A DNA stretch of 63,203 nt, filler included, from Dimorphilus gyrociliatus (lineage: Eukaryota; Animalia; Annelida): NCBI GenBank assembly GCA_904063045.1. It is 6 parts of 6 records of this genome, joined end to end, with 100 filler letters (N's around TTAATTAATTAA, not from the genome) between each part and the next. Parts side by side here need not be neighbours in the genome. Positions count along the whole stretch, not along the records: positions 39,643 to 51,882 come from CAJFCJ010000185.1; positions 51,983 to 59,896 come from CAJFCJ010000298.1; positions 59,997 to 63,203 come from CAJFCJ010000336.1; 3 more parts are not named here. The stretch is one strand, 5' to 3'. Under the pieces are notes generated by a model. That model did no database searches. It had not been told where the DNA came from and saw only the letters and a list, made by a program, of their open reading frames with translations. Positions 49,734 to 60,712 of the stretch are shown here, one piece after another. Every line of letters starts with the position of its first letter. Position 1 is the stretch's first letter. The position numbers were made by a program, and so were the translations under genes.

Positions 49734-49735
49734 CA
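47905..49735 (-). CDS. pol: Inverted pol fragment: RT C-terminal half, RNase H, integrase core
   Basis: APSHF..YMDDIIVF (RT); LTTDASNYAVGAVL..E..A..DHQNL..AD (RNase H); H..H..C..C, IAMDIMGP, TDQGRNF, HSQSNGMV (integrase). The RT-RH-IN order indicates Ty3/Gypsy. Confidence 0.92.
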
Positions 49736-51040
49736 AGTATTAACCAAAAAGGAAGTGATTTTGTAATTGGTAAAATGAAACACAATCATTCTCCATTGAA
49801 AAATGCAGAAAAGCAGATTATAATTAGAAAAGATATCAAAGAGAAGTGCCTTAGTGATAATAAATCATCTGGAAAAAGGATTGCAGAAGACACTCTTTTA
49901 AAATATCCATTTGGGAATTTACACAACTGCAAAGAAGTAGGCAACTATAAGAGGCTAAAAAATAGACCAGCTGAGCCTGATGATGTCAACTTTCAACTTG
50001 ATTTGACTTTTATACCATTGGAATTTCTAAAGAAAGATATTTATTTAAATAATCAAAGAATATTAGTATTTGCAACTGACCATCAGTTAAATCTTTTGAG
50101 TAAGGCTAAAATATGGTATGTGGATGGTACTTTTAAAATTGCCAAGGATCCATTTGTTCAAATGTTTTCAATACATGGATTCTTAAAGAAAAATGGAGAG
50201 TTGAAGCAGGTGCCATTGCTTTTTTCATTCTTAACTTCAAAAAAGAAAAAAGCTTATAAATTACTTTTCAAGGTAAGTTATACTTTTAAATACTTAAATC
50301 AATGATAGTTTGTGTATTTAGGCTGTAAATGAATTAACTGGTGACATCTCTGTTCAAAAAATTGTTTTGGACTATGAGAAGGCCATTTGGAAAAGTATCA
50401 GAGATACATGGCCAGATGTTACAATGGTTGGTTGTTGTTTTCATTGGTCACAAGCCATTTTTAGAAAAATTCAGGTTAGAAATAATACTAATAAATGTAA
50501 AAATTTAATCCAAGTATATTATTCTACTTTTAGGATCTGGGTTACAGCCCAGAATTTAAAAAGAGAGAAGGAGAATGGCAATCAATGAAAATGATTATGG
50601 CTTTGCCCTACCTTCCTCATACTTTGATTGCAAATCAATTTTACAAAATAAAAAGTGAGCTGGCTGAAAGAAATAAGCTTGGAGATTTATTAGAATATGT
50701 GGAGGATAATTGGATAAAAAATAGCTTTTGGCCTCCAGAAACTTGGTCTGTGTTTAACCAATCAATCCGCACTAATAATGACTTGGAAGGATTCCATAAT
50801 AGACTCAATAAAAACATGGGAATAAACTCATCATTTTACACAATTATAGATGAACTAAAGAGAGAGGCTGACTTAATATCTGTCTATGAAAAATTATTAA
50901 GTGAGAAGAAGATATTGAGAATGCAAAAAAAAGTCTACACAGAAATTCAAAAGGAACTGTTTTCCATTTGGGAAAACTTCAAAGTTGGTGACATCACAGC
51001 AAGTCAACTTGTTGAGATGTGTTCTGCTTTATATTATTAA
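49733..51040 (+). CDS. 3' part of the MULE-C transposase
   Basis: ASINQKG..HNH (FLYWCH tail), VDGTFK, introns 50273-50321 and 50475-50533, LDYE, GCCFH, RTNNDLEGFH. Open from here to the stop. Confidence 0.9.
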
Positions 51041-52880
51041 CTATGTGCAGTATTGATTCAACAGTATTAAAAATATCAAAAATGTTCAAGTCATTTGAAA
51101 AATTATGTTCTTAAATAAACTTTTTTACTTGCAATTTCATGGTTTTCATTTTCTCAGATCATTAGTATTTAATCAATTAAGAAAAATATATTAATTCATT
51201 TCATCTTCTCTATTCTTATTTAATTATTTTTATAATACTATGTGGACATTTACTGTTCATTTGTGGACATTTTCTGTCCATCTGTGGACGTTTTCTGTCA
51301 ATTGTGGACGTTTTCTGTTGTGGACGTTTTCTGTTGTGGACGTTTTCTGTTGCCCCCAAAGAGAATAGAAGACCAAAGCATCCTAGAGATTTACACTTTG
51401 AAATAAATCTAGATGAAATTCCAATGGATTTCTTATTGAAAGATATAAAAGAAAAGAAAAATCGATGTATTATATTTGGTACAAATCATCAAATAGAATT
51501 ACTTGAATGTTGTAAAATTTGGTTCATTGATGCAACTTTTAAAGTTGTTAGAGATCCATTTTATCAACTCTTTTCAATTCATGGATTCTTGAAAAAACAT
51601 GATGAATATCAGCAGGTTCCATTGATTTATGTTCTGATGAGTAGCAAAAAGAAAAACTGCTATATTGCTGTTCTTCAGGTTTGAAATTTTTCAATATGAT
51701 ATTCACTTTTAATTTAACTCCTTATAAATGAACACAGGAGATAAGAAAATTACTGAATGATAAAACACCCAGGAAATGTGTTCTTGATTTTGAAAAGGCT
51801 ATATGGATGGCACTTAAAGACCAGTTTCCTAATTCTGACCTTCAAGGATGCTCTTTTCATTTCAAGCAAGCAATTTTGAGAANNNNNNNNNNNNNNNNNN
51901 NNNNNNNNNNNNNNNNNNNNNNNNNNTTAATTAATTAANNNNNNNNNNNNNNNNNNNNNNNNNNNNNNNNNNNNNNNNNNNNTTTATATACTTTGAGGTT
52001 TGTCTCTGACATCCAATCATCACTTTACAGTTGCCAAATGTGTAGTTCATATTTATCTTTAGTAACATCCTGTTACAAGGTTCAACATTTAGGAAGGTTA
52101 ATTGAATTATAACTTGGCCACACCCTAGGCAAGTTAATTAAATTATAACTTGGCCAAACCTTTATTGATGATTAAAGATGAGCCTTCAAGCTGACTAATC
52201 AGACTTATGTTTGGCCAATGTTATAGCATTTTCTTGCATAGGTTTCAAGATGTACATGTATATGATGCATAAAATAATAGAGTTCAAGCATGTAAAAATA
52301 ACCAAAGTTGTACACGAAAATGATTAAATGAATTCATGTAGGGTTTGGTTAATTAATGCATTTTCCAATTTTTTTTGTTAGGGTTAAGGGCTACAATTAG
52401 GGTTAGGAAAACTACAGCAAATATATTCTAAAGTAAAGAATGAACATGTATTCATAATAAATTCAATTTGGATACAAAGAATAAGAGAGGATCATACAGT
52501 GACTTCATTAAAGCTAAATAAATGGTACAACGGATGATTCTAATGTTAGCAAAGTTATTTCAATATTGAAGCTTACAAATTATGCTATATTTTAAAAAAC
52601 CTAATTCATTAAAATTCACAAAGAAATAAGGGAGAAGCTCCTTAAAGTCGAACAAATATTTTGTTAAATAATAAAAAATTTGTCTTTTTCAAGTGAACTT
52701 TTCTGAGCTATTAGTTGAGCGATTTTGTTGAAATTTGAATCAAAATGAGTGTAAAACAATTTACTTATGTATTACAGACATGAAAAACTAAATAAAATAT
52801 TAGAAAATGTTTGGAAAAAGCTAACAAATGTTTTAAATATATACAACACCTAATAACAATACAAATTATATGGTAAATAT

Positions 52881-54250
52881 TTATAATTTATCAAACAAGT
52901 GCTCAAGTAAGAGCTTCTGATCTTCTTTATCTTCAAGTCCATTGAATCCACCTTTCGGTTTTATCATCTTCTGCTCAAGCTTCTTTGGTATGGAAACAAA
53001 ATTCATTTGATCATCTTTCAGCCTTTTTTCATAATGTGTAGTAAAATAGTGATTTAAAAAGATTATCTTTTCTAACTTGACTGGGTGTATTTTGAATTTT
53101 GTAGAGGGCTTTATAGGCTGATCTTTGGTGAAGAAGAAGACTCTATCAAAGGAGAGAGTCCAATTTTCTAAAATTGAAACTATGTCCAGAAATGTTAAAT
53201 CTTTGAATAACATCTTTCTCTTATTTCCTATAATTGGATACTTTAGTTTGAAAACTTGTTTTGGTGATATTCTTTAAAAGGTATCATCTGTAATAATCAA
53301 TAAATGATAAAGTTGAGTACTAAAGTAGGGCATCCTTTTTACACAATTAGCTTTTTTGATTTCTCCAATATTTTTAAAGGCATCTTCAATCACTCTGTTC
53401 TTCCTTCTGACATGGGTGAAACTAGGAAATTGTGTCACTTTCTCATTTGCTCTTCTCAAATAGTCATAATTAATGTGCCTTCTAACATCTTTCTCTTGAA
53501 TTGGTACATCAGGTAGGTGTTCAGGAAGTGGAACTTGATTATTCTCAACACTGTTTTCCTGTTGATATTCTTCTGTGTCTCAAACTTGTGCTACTTCTTC
53601 TGGAATTGGTACTTGTACTACTTGTTCAGGAATTGGAACTTGTTTATTCTGCAGTTGATTTTCTTCTATGTTGCAAACTTGTTGTGGAATTGGTATTATC
53701 TCCCTAGAATCTTGTCTTTGTCTCTTTTCTGCTGGTTGCACTGGTTCAATTCTTTGTCTTTTTCTTTTTTTGGATTGTTTTTCCATCAACTTTGGCTGAT
53801 CTTTATGGATTCTTTGTCCTTTTTTCTTTCTGGCTTGTTTATTTTTCAACTTTGGCTCATATTCTTTATCAGAATCACTTATTTCAATAATATCTACTCT
53901 ATGTTCAACAGCTATATTTGACTTTGGCAATCTTGGAATAGTTGTTTGGCAACCCACATCCTTATATGTCTTTGACATTTGAATTCCTACATCTACTGTT
54001 TGTGGCTTTTCTACTTGAACAGCAACTTCTCTATTTACTTCTTCTTGTATATGGTCTATAATCTGTGTTTGCTGTGGTGTATCAACAAGTTTGTCAGGCT
54101 GTTTGTTTCCTGTTACTTTTTCATAAAAGTTAAAAACATCTTTGGAAAATTCCTCAAAGTAAGTTTCCTTGAAGTCTTTACAGTTTCTTTTTTTGTTTTT
54201 AATTTCACCATTTACAAATTTTAACTCCTTATACAGTTCTTCCCAATACT
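52881..54250 (-). pseudogene. Frameshifted ORF of unknown function (Q/E/K-rich, low complexity)
   Basis: ORFs 53580-54353, 53274-53459 and 52881-53213 are roughly colinear with frameshifts. NLS-like KKRKRQR and QVPIPE repeats. No recognised family. Confidence 0.45.
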
Positions 54251-54504
54251 TTGATTCTGTGGGTAACAAACGTGTTAAAGACAAAATATTATGTAAGTTT
54301 ATAATGTTAAAAGACAAAATAGATATTGAAAAGATCAAATTGAAGATAAACAAAGTTTCTTTTCAAAGAGATTTGAATAACTGCTGTGTCTATGTTATGC
54401 TATTTGCCAAATGTAAGACTCTTTCCATTCCTTATAGTAGCATTCAAGACCTTAATTTAAAACATGAAAGGTATAAAATTCTCATTGATATTTCAACCAA
54501 ATAA
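54247..54504 (+). pseudogene. C-terminal fragment of a Ulp1/C48-type cysteine protease
   Basis: YFDS...QRDLNNCCVYVMLFA matches the YFDS and Q-x-D-x-x-N-C-G-V-Y motifs. The N-terminal part with the catalytic His is missing. Confidence 0.6.
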
Positions 54505-54623
54505 ATAAATCATAGTTCATAGTTATACTTTCTTTTCTGAAACACAATTATTTTTAAGTGTCAACTGATAACAATTTCACAATACATATGTTTTATCGGT
54601 TAAATCAAAAACACATAATGTTC

Positions 54624-57401
54624 GAATTATGGAGAAAACGTCCACTGGAGAAAACGTCCACTGGAGAAAACGTCCACTGATTGGAGAAAACGTCCACTGG
54701 TTGGAGAAAACGTCCACTGGAGAAAACGTCCACTATGTGAAGAATATATTAAAAAATACTTTTTCAAATTTAAACTTTTATTATTGATTTTGAGATATAT
54801 CCAATACATTCCCATAATGCAATCACTTTTGGTAGCCATTTTGAAATCCAGACAGGAAACAGTTCTGGGATCTTCTATGTTTTTCATGGAAAGTGAATAT
54901 TGTGCATATTTCATCTACAATTTTTCAGAATTTTTTGCAGTTTGAAATATATTTCACTATTGAAAACCATCAGACAAAACACAAACTTTAGAATTGATAT
55001 CAGTAAGTTATAGAATATTGTGTTGAAATGATTTATTTATAAATTAGCTTTATTTTTATAGCAGCCATTTTGTTTATCATTATTGTTAATTGTTTAATTT
55101 TTAAATTTATACAGTTGGTTATTGATAGAGATTCCAAATTGAACATGGCACCAATTTGTTACATTTGTGAAGAGAGAATATATGGAAGACAAAATCAAGA
55201 GAAATGTCAGCTTTGCTGTCATTTATTTAAAATACATAAAAAATGTTTGGATTATAAAGGTTTGTTTAAGTTTTTTGTCACTATCCTTCCTTACAAATAT
55301 GTTTTTATATTTTTTCACAGATCAATCATTTTATTGTAACATTTGCTGTGACATATCAATGAAGAAATGCATTGTTGCACTTCAAAGGCTACCTTCTAGT
55401 GCATCTGCTAATGAAGAAATAAGACAAACACCAAATTTTGATACAGCAAATAATAGAAATGAGCAAACTATTGTTTGTGAAAATCATTGTGGAAATTCAA
55501 GTGGAAATGATACAAATGGCAGTATTATGGAATCACACAATGTTTTAGTTGAAGATCTTCCAGCTCAGCAAAATAATATGATGGAAGTTTCATTTATAGT
55601 TTCTCCAAAATCAGATTGTGAGAAAGAAAGTTATTCATTTAAAATCTTAAAGGGAATGAGCCAGAAAGGAAAAGATTTGCTACTTTTCAACAATTTCTGC
55701 TACAATATTAAAGAAAAAAGAAACAAGACAACATTCTGGATATGCAGTGTTAGGAACAAAAGAAACAAATGTTCAGCAACAGTTAGTCAGCATGGGAACA
55801 GTTTTATCCTGGAAAGTTATCCCATTCTCATGAAAGAGTACCTGATTTGGAACAAAAAATAATGATTAGGAATGAACTAAAAAATGCTTGTAATAAAGAT
55901 ATCAGTAGTTCAGGAAAACGTTTAGCTGAAGATGTTCTGGTGAAACATTGTAGTTCTGGTGAAGTTATTCCATCTCTAGATAATTGTACAAGACTGGCAA
56001 ACTGGACAAGAAAGAAGTTTAGACCAGCTGAACCTCAAAGTATTCACTTCAACTTGGCTAAAACTTTATTCCTGATGATTTTTTACAAATGGATATACAA
56101 ATGGAGAATGATAGAATACTAATATTTTCAACTACAAAGCAAATTGAATTATTATCTAAAGGCAAAATATGGTTTATGGATGGCACATTTAAATGTGTGA
56201 AAGACCCTTTTTATCAACTTTTTTCTATTCATGGATTTATAAAAAAAAATGGAGAAATAAAACAAATTCCAATGGCTTTTGCTTTTATGGGATCTAAGAG
56301 AAAGACAGCCTACAAGAAATTATTTAAGGTACAATAATTGTGCATTTTAAATTGAATAATCTAATTTGTTAAATTAACAGGCAATACAAGATTTAACAAA
56401 TGGGCATAGCCCCAAAAAAGTTGTTGTAGACTTTGAAAAAGCTATTTGGAAAGCACTATCATTCACTTATCCTGAAGCAAACATTAAAGGGTGTGTTTTT
56501 CACTGGACACAGGCAATATACAGAAAGATTCAAGTAATACTTTAATTTAGTATTTGAGGTCTAGATAGAACTGACATATTTATTTCCAGGAATTAGGATT
56601 ATGTAAGATGTACAAGGAGAAAAAAGCTGAATATAGAATCATGAAGAAATTAATGGCATTACCATTCCTGCCCTCTGATCTGATAGAACCAACATTTAAG
56701 ACTATTAAAGAAATAAGTCCTATTGAAATGAAGTCTCTATTGGAGTACATTGAGACACAATGGATAAATGGATTTTATAAACCAGAGGTATGGTCTGTTT
56801 ATGGTGAGGCTATAAGGACAAATAATGATCTTGAAGGATGGCATCACAGGCTTAACAAGAATCTTTGCTCGAACACTGCATTCTATTTGCTTTTAGATGA
56901 ACTGAAAAGAGAAGCTGATCTGATAAAGCTATATAAAAAATTACTGAGTGAAAAGAAAATTTGTAGACAGCAAAGAAAAGCATATCAGAATATTCAGAGC
57001 AAAATATTCAGCTTATGGGAACAATTTGAAATTGCCTCAATTACCTCCCTGGACTTACTTGATAAAGCTTCTGACATTTATTCACCAGTTTAAAATACCT
57101 TTATTCTTTAATGTTGTTACACTGTTGTCAATCATTCTTGTTATATTGCTTCTTTTTACTTAATCAATATATTAATATTTAAATATTTGTAATTCTTATT
57201 ATTCATTTTTTCCTGTCAAATTGCTCTAAAAACTCCATCTATCAAATATGTTATATCTTACTTTGAAGTTTTATAATGGACGTTTTCTCCAGTGGACGTT
57301 TTCTCCAAGCAGTGGACGTTTTCTCCAAACAGTGGACGTTTTCTCCAGTGGACGTTTTCTCCAGTGGACGTTTTCTCCAGTGGACGTTTTCTCCTGTACC
57401 C
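54624..57401 (+). mobile_element. MULE-B: complete Mutator-like element
   Basis: Exact 9-bp TSD ATAATGTTC at 54615-54623 and 57402-57410. TIRs of tandem GGAGAAAACGTCCACT sub-repeats. Confidence 0.95.
55145..57093 (+). CDS. PHD-FLYWCH-MULE transposase (MULE-B), two frameshifts
   Basis: Exons 55145-55259, 55321-56328, 56381-56533, 56590-57093. Motifs CYIC..CQLC..H..C..CNIC, FWICS..C..HSH, MDGTFK, VDFE, GCVFH, RTNNDLEGWH. 1-nt shifts near 55810 and 56060. Confidence 0.9.
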
Positions 57402-58020
57402 ATAATGTTCTATTCAAACACAGTGTATTTCTTAAAATAAATTCTAGTTTTATTGAAATCAGAATGGTGACAAACTTTTCTATCAAAAATAAACTGATTG
57501 TATCACATTAAGTATTTATTCAAATAATTTTTGCTCTTTTGATGGAAATCGGTAACATTGAAGTGCATCATGTTGAGGAAGAGTCTCTATCCAGTCTAGA
57601 AGAAGAAAGCAAATAAGAAAACCTTACAGACAATTTATTCTATTGGGTTGCAAATCTTACTCTGGATTATAGTGAAGATAGAATTTATACTATGATGAAT
57701 TAATTAGCAAAGCGAGAATTGATCTTTTATTTAAAACTATATGTGTTACACTCAGTATTTACAATAGATCTTTTTCGATATTAGAATTAATATACTTGTC
57801 CCATAGACTAAAAATTCAATTCATTTTCAGAAAAATGAAATGTTAAATAAGTATTTTGGCTTCAACTACTATGATCCTGATTACTATTGGTATGATTTTG
57901 ACAGTGAAAAACCTCTTGATGAAAACTATTTATTCAATTTGACGGATTTTTTTGATGAGGAATCTCGATATATTCAAAATATCTGCATTGATACTCTAAT
58001 AAAAATTGTCGTAACAAAAT

Positions 58021-59896
58021 TGTACACATTTAGGCAGTTCGTAGGTACTAAACACATAAGCTTGTAACCAGGCTCACAAATTCACACAATACACCCAAAT
58101 TGTTACATTTCATTCATCAATGGAAAGCAATATTGAAAGAGTATTATAGAGTACTCTACATGCCTAAAACTACAACATACACTATTTAAACTAAGTTGTA
58201 AAAGTATTTTACAACTTAGATGTTAACCCTAATTATTATACACATCATATTTAATGAATATTAATTATATCTTCCACTATTCTATTTATATTTGGAGCTT
58301 TTAGATTATAGTCACTTTTCAACAGTATTGTATGCACAATACTATATTGAATGATTAAGTTTAATACTTTTATCCTACCAGTCCTTTACACAGAAACATA
58401 TTATCTTACACAAACAATTATTATTAATAATTTGTTGTATATTAAAACGGCATCAAGTTGACCTTTTCCTATTTTTGTGTTTTGGAATCAATCCAACTTC
58501 TATTAATAATTGTTACATCTTAGGCAACTTTCTGACCTACTAAAATAGGGAGCAAAAGTTCTCCAAGATAAAGAAAAAGTAACAAACATGGAAGTATATT
58601 TGAACTTTCCCTTTATCCAAATTGTTACATTTGTTTGTGTGAATATTTTTATCTGTGAACTGTGAACTATTGGAAAAGTATATAAACCCTATGAATTTAA
58701 CAGTAGTCAGTTCAGTTTTCTAACCATCAGCTGGTTGTTCAAACTTGCTTGTTTAGAACTAGAAACTCATTTACTCAAATACATATTCTTTGAATGAAAT
58801 ACTGGTGTTTGTTGGTTAATTTTTACTGGAATTACATTTATTAAGACTACTTGTGGACAAACTTGAAAGGTTCTATTTGGACCAGTACTTTGGCACATTG
58901 GTAAATGATTGGAGAGGACGAATTTGATAGTGACGAGCTAGGACTTCCTACAATTACAATACAACAAAGTACAAATATGGCGCAGTCGACAGCCCACAAC
59001 ACTTCTACAATGAATGATATTTTGGTTTTTGAAAATGACAAGACCAGAGGCAAAGAAATAGATGAGTATCTTACTAAAATAAATGAATTAATGTTGAGAA
59101 TTAAAAGTAGTGGAGCCAAGGTTGATGGTAATAGTTTTTTGAAATACCATTTGATGACTGGGGCAGCTATAATTCCTGAAGGTATGGAGAACCCTTATCC
59201 TACTCAACCAAAATTCAATAATGATGGCATTCAAGATAATGCTTTGGAAAAGACAATTGCAAGTCTTCTAATTGATGCTAATGAGAAACCTAATACTACT
59301 TTGCTAAGACCTTTTTCTGGTAGCAAAGATACTTGGGCCTTTAAGAGGAACTTTCAAACTGCTTGTGAATTAAACCTTTGGGATACAGAGGAAAAGAGAA
59401 TTCGAATGTTGAGAAAATACACTACTGGAAGAGCCAGAGATGTAATTGAAAGCTTACCCTCCAGGGCAACTGAAAATGAAATTTGGGATGCATTGGATGA
59501 AGAATTTAATCCAGATCCTATGGCTTATAAAAAAGATATTGATAGATTGAGACAGTTCAATGATGAAACTGTTCAAAGTTTTGTTAGAAGAAGTAAAGAA
59601 CTTGTAGAGAAATTCCTACCATTCAAACCTACTGAGATGGTATGTGTTACTGAGAGAGTTAGAGAACTTCAACTGTTAACTGTATTCAGGAATGGTCTAA
59701 AAGGAAAAATTGTGAACCATGTGGAAAAAGATGGAAAAATTAGCTCTGTAATCCAATATATTAAATTGGCAAAAAGAGCAGAAATTTACTTTAATAATGC
59801 AAGGAGAGAGGATGAAAATGAATTCAAGCAATTCAAAAAAAGATTTGATAACAATAATAGTTATGCGAATGATAATGACCATAAATTTACACCTTT
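58021..59896 (+). mobile_element. gag: Gypsy-3: 5' LTR/leader and gag (58905 to gap), near-identical to Gypsy-1
   Basis: Only scattered substitutions versus 40101-41976. Identity starts at TGTACAC and upstream flanks differ. Confidence 0.9.
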
Positions 59897-59996
59897 NNNN
59901 NNNNNNNNNNNNNNNNNNNNNNNNNNNNNNNNNNNNNNNNTTAATTAATTAANNNNNNNNNNNNNNNNNNNNNNNNNNNNNNNNNNNNNNNNNNNN

Positions 59997-60207
59997 CCCA
60001 CCAAGCATAACTGGTAGTGCAAGTAGTAGAAGATTTTTCATAGTTCTCTTCATTAGAATTTGCAAAAGATGCTAAGCGGCTATCATCACCACTGCAGCTC
60101 TGATGCGCTTGGCGCGATCTCGCAATGTTATCGTCTTCCAGAATGAAACAACAAGTTAGGGATAGATAACTTGAAAGAATAACAAAAAAATTCGCCTTCA
60201 ATTTCAT
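59997..60207 (-). CDS. Secreted fucolectin (FTP domain) protein, N-terminal part, truncated by a gap
   Basis: Signal peptide then NIARSRQAHQS..LASFA..TCTTSYAWW, typical of the FTP/F-type lectin N-terminus. Confidence 0.7.
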
Positions 60208-60712
60208 TTAGATTTTGGATGATGAGTACAACTCAAGAAGAAGATAAATGATTTAACCGATATATCTTGTGGATCAATAATCTTTCATAACACCTGTAAT
60301 TTTCTAACATATTGAAAATCAATATAAAATGGATAAAAAGAAAATTCATTTGTGTATAAACCAATGATCGAAATGTTTTTTTTCATCAATTTTTATATTT
60401 AGGAACTATGTTAAGCTTGAATAAAGAATTATTGATAAGTCTTAGTCATACCCAGGTGTATAAAAAATTAAAAAGGGGCTTTGACTAACTACTCAAAGAT
60501 ACAGGGTTTTTTCATTACTCTTCATTATCTATAGACGAGATATATGCGCCCTCTACAGTTTAGAATTAATCTATTTTTCCCTGTAGAGGACGCAATGATA
60601 CCACACTTCAGGTTTTGAAGATGAGTAGTATGTAGAAGAATTTTTGGTGAATAAACAGATAAGAAAAAAGATGGTATTCAGTTCAAAATATTTTCTTCAC
60701 ATAGTTTCAAAT

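Larger units (their letters stand above)
44164..51357 (+). mobile_element. MULE-C: Mutator-like element inserted in the MULE-D transposase
   Basis: Exact 9-bp TSD AAAGAGAAT at 44155-44163 and 51358-51366. Ends carry GACAGAAAACGTCCAC sub-repeats (44170-44225, 21-bp tandem 44364-44490, inverted 51240-51350). Confidence 0.95.
42946..51882 (+). mobile_element. MULE-D: Mutator-like element with nested insertions; right end lost in a gap
   Basis: Left end ggtgcagtgacatttcg with GACATTTC sub-repeats. Transposase exons 43240-43345, 43403-43560, 43615-44163, then after MULE-C 51367-51678 and 51738-51882 (PHD, FLYWCH, IDATFK, LDFE, GCSFH). Confidence 0.85.

Noticed and set aside
54631-54734. Regular short direct repeats resembling a CRISPR array (also 57278-57395, 44364-44490, 12580-12662)
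   Set aside because: No unique spacers, no cas genes, eukaryotic context. They are MULE subterminal repeats bounded by 9-bp TSDs.
57248-57511. ORFs over TIR repeats (also 57271-57486, 54627-54914, 44338-44538, 44351-44536, 15106-15288, 15189-15383)
   Set aside because: Open only because the repeats lack stop codons; the translations are repeat artefacts.
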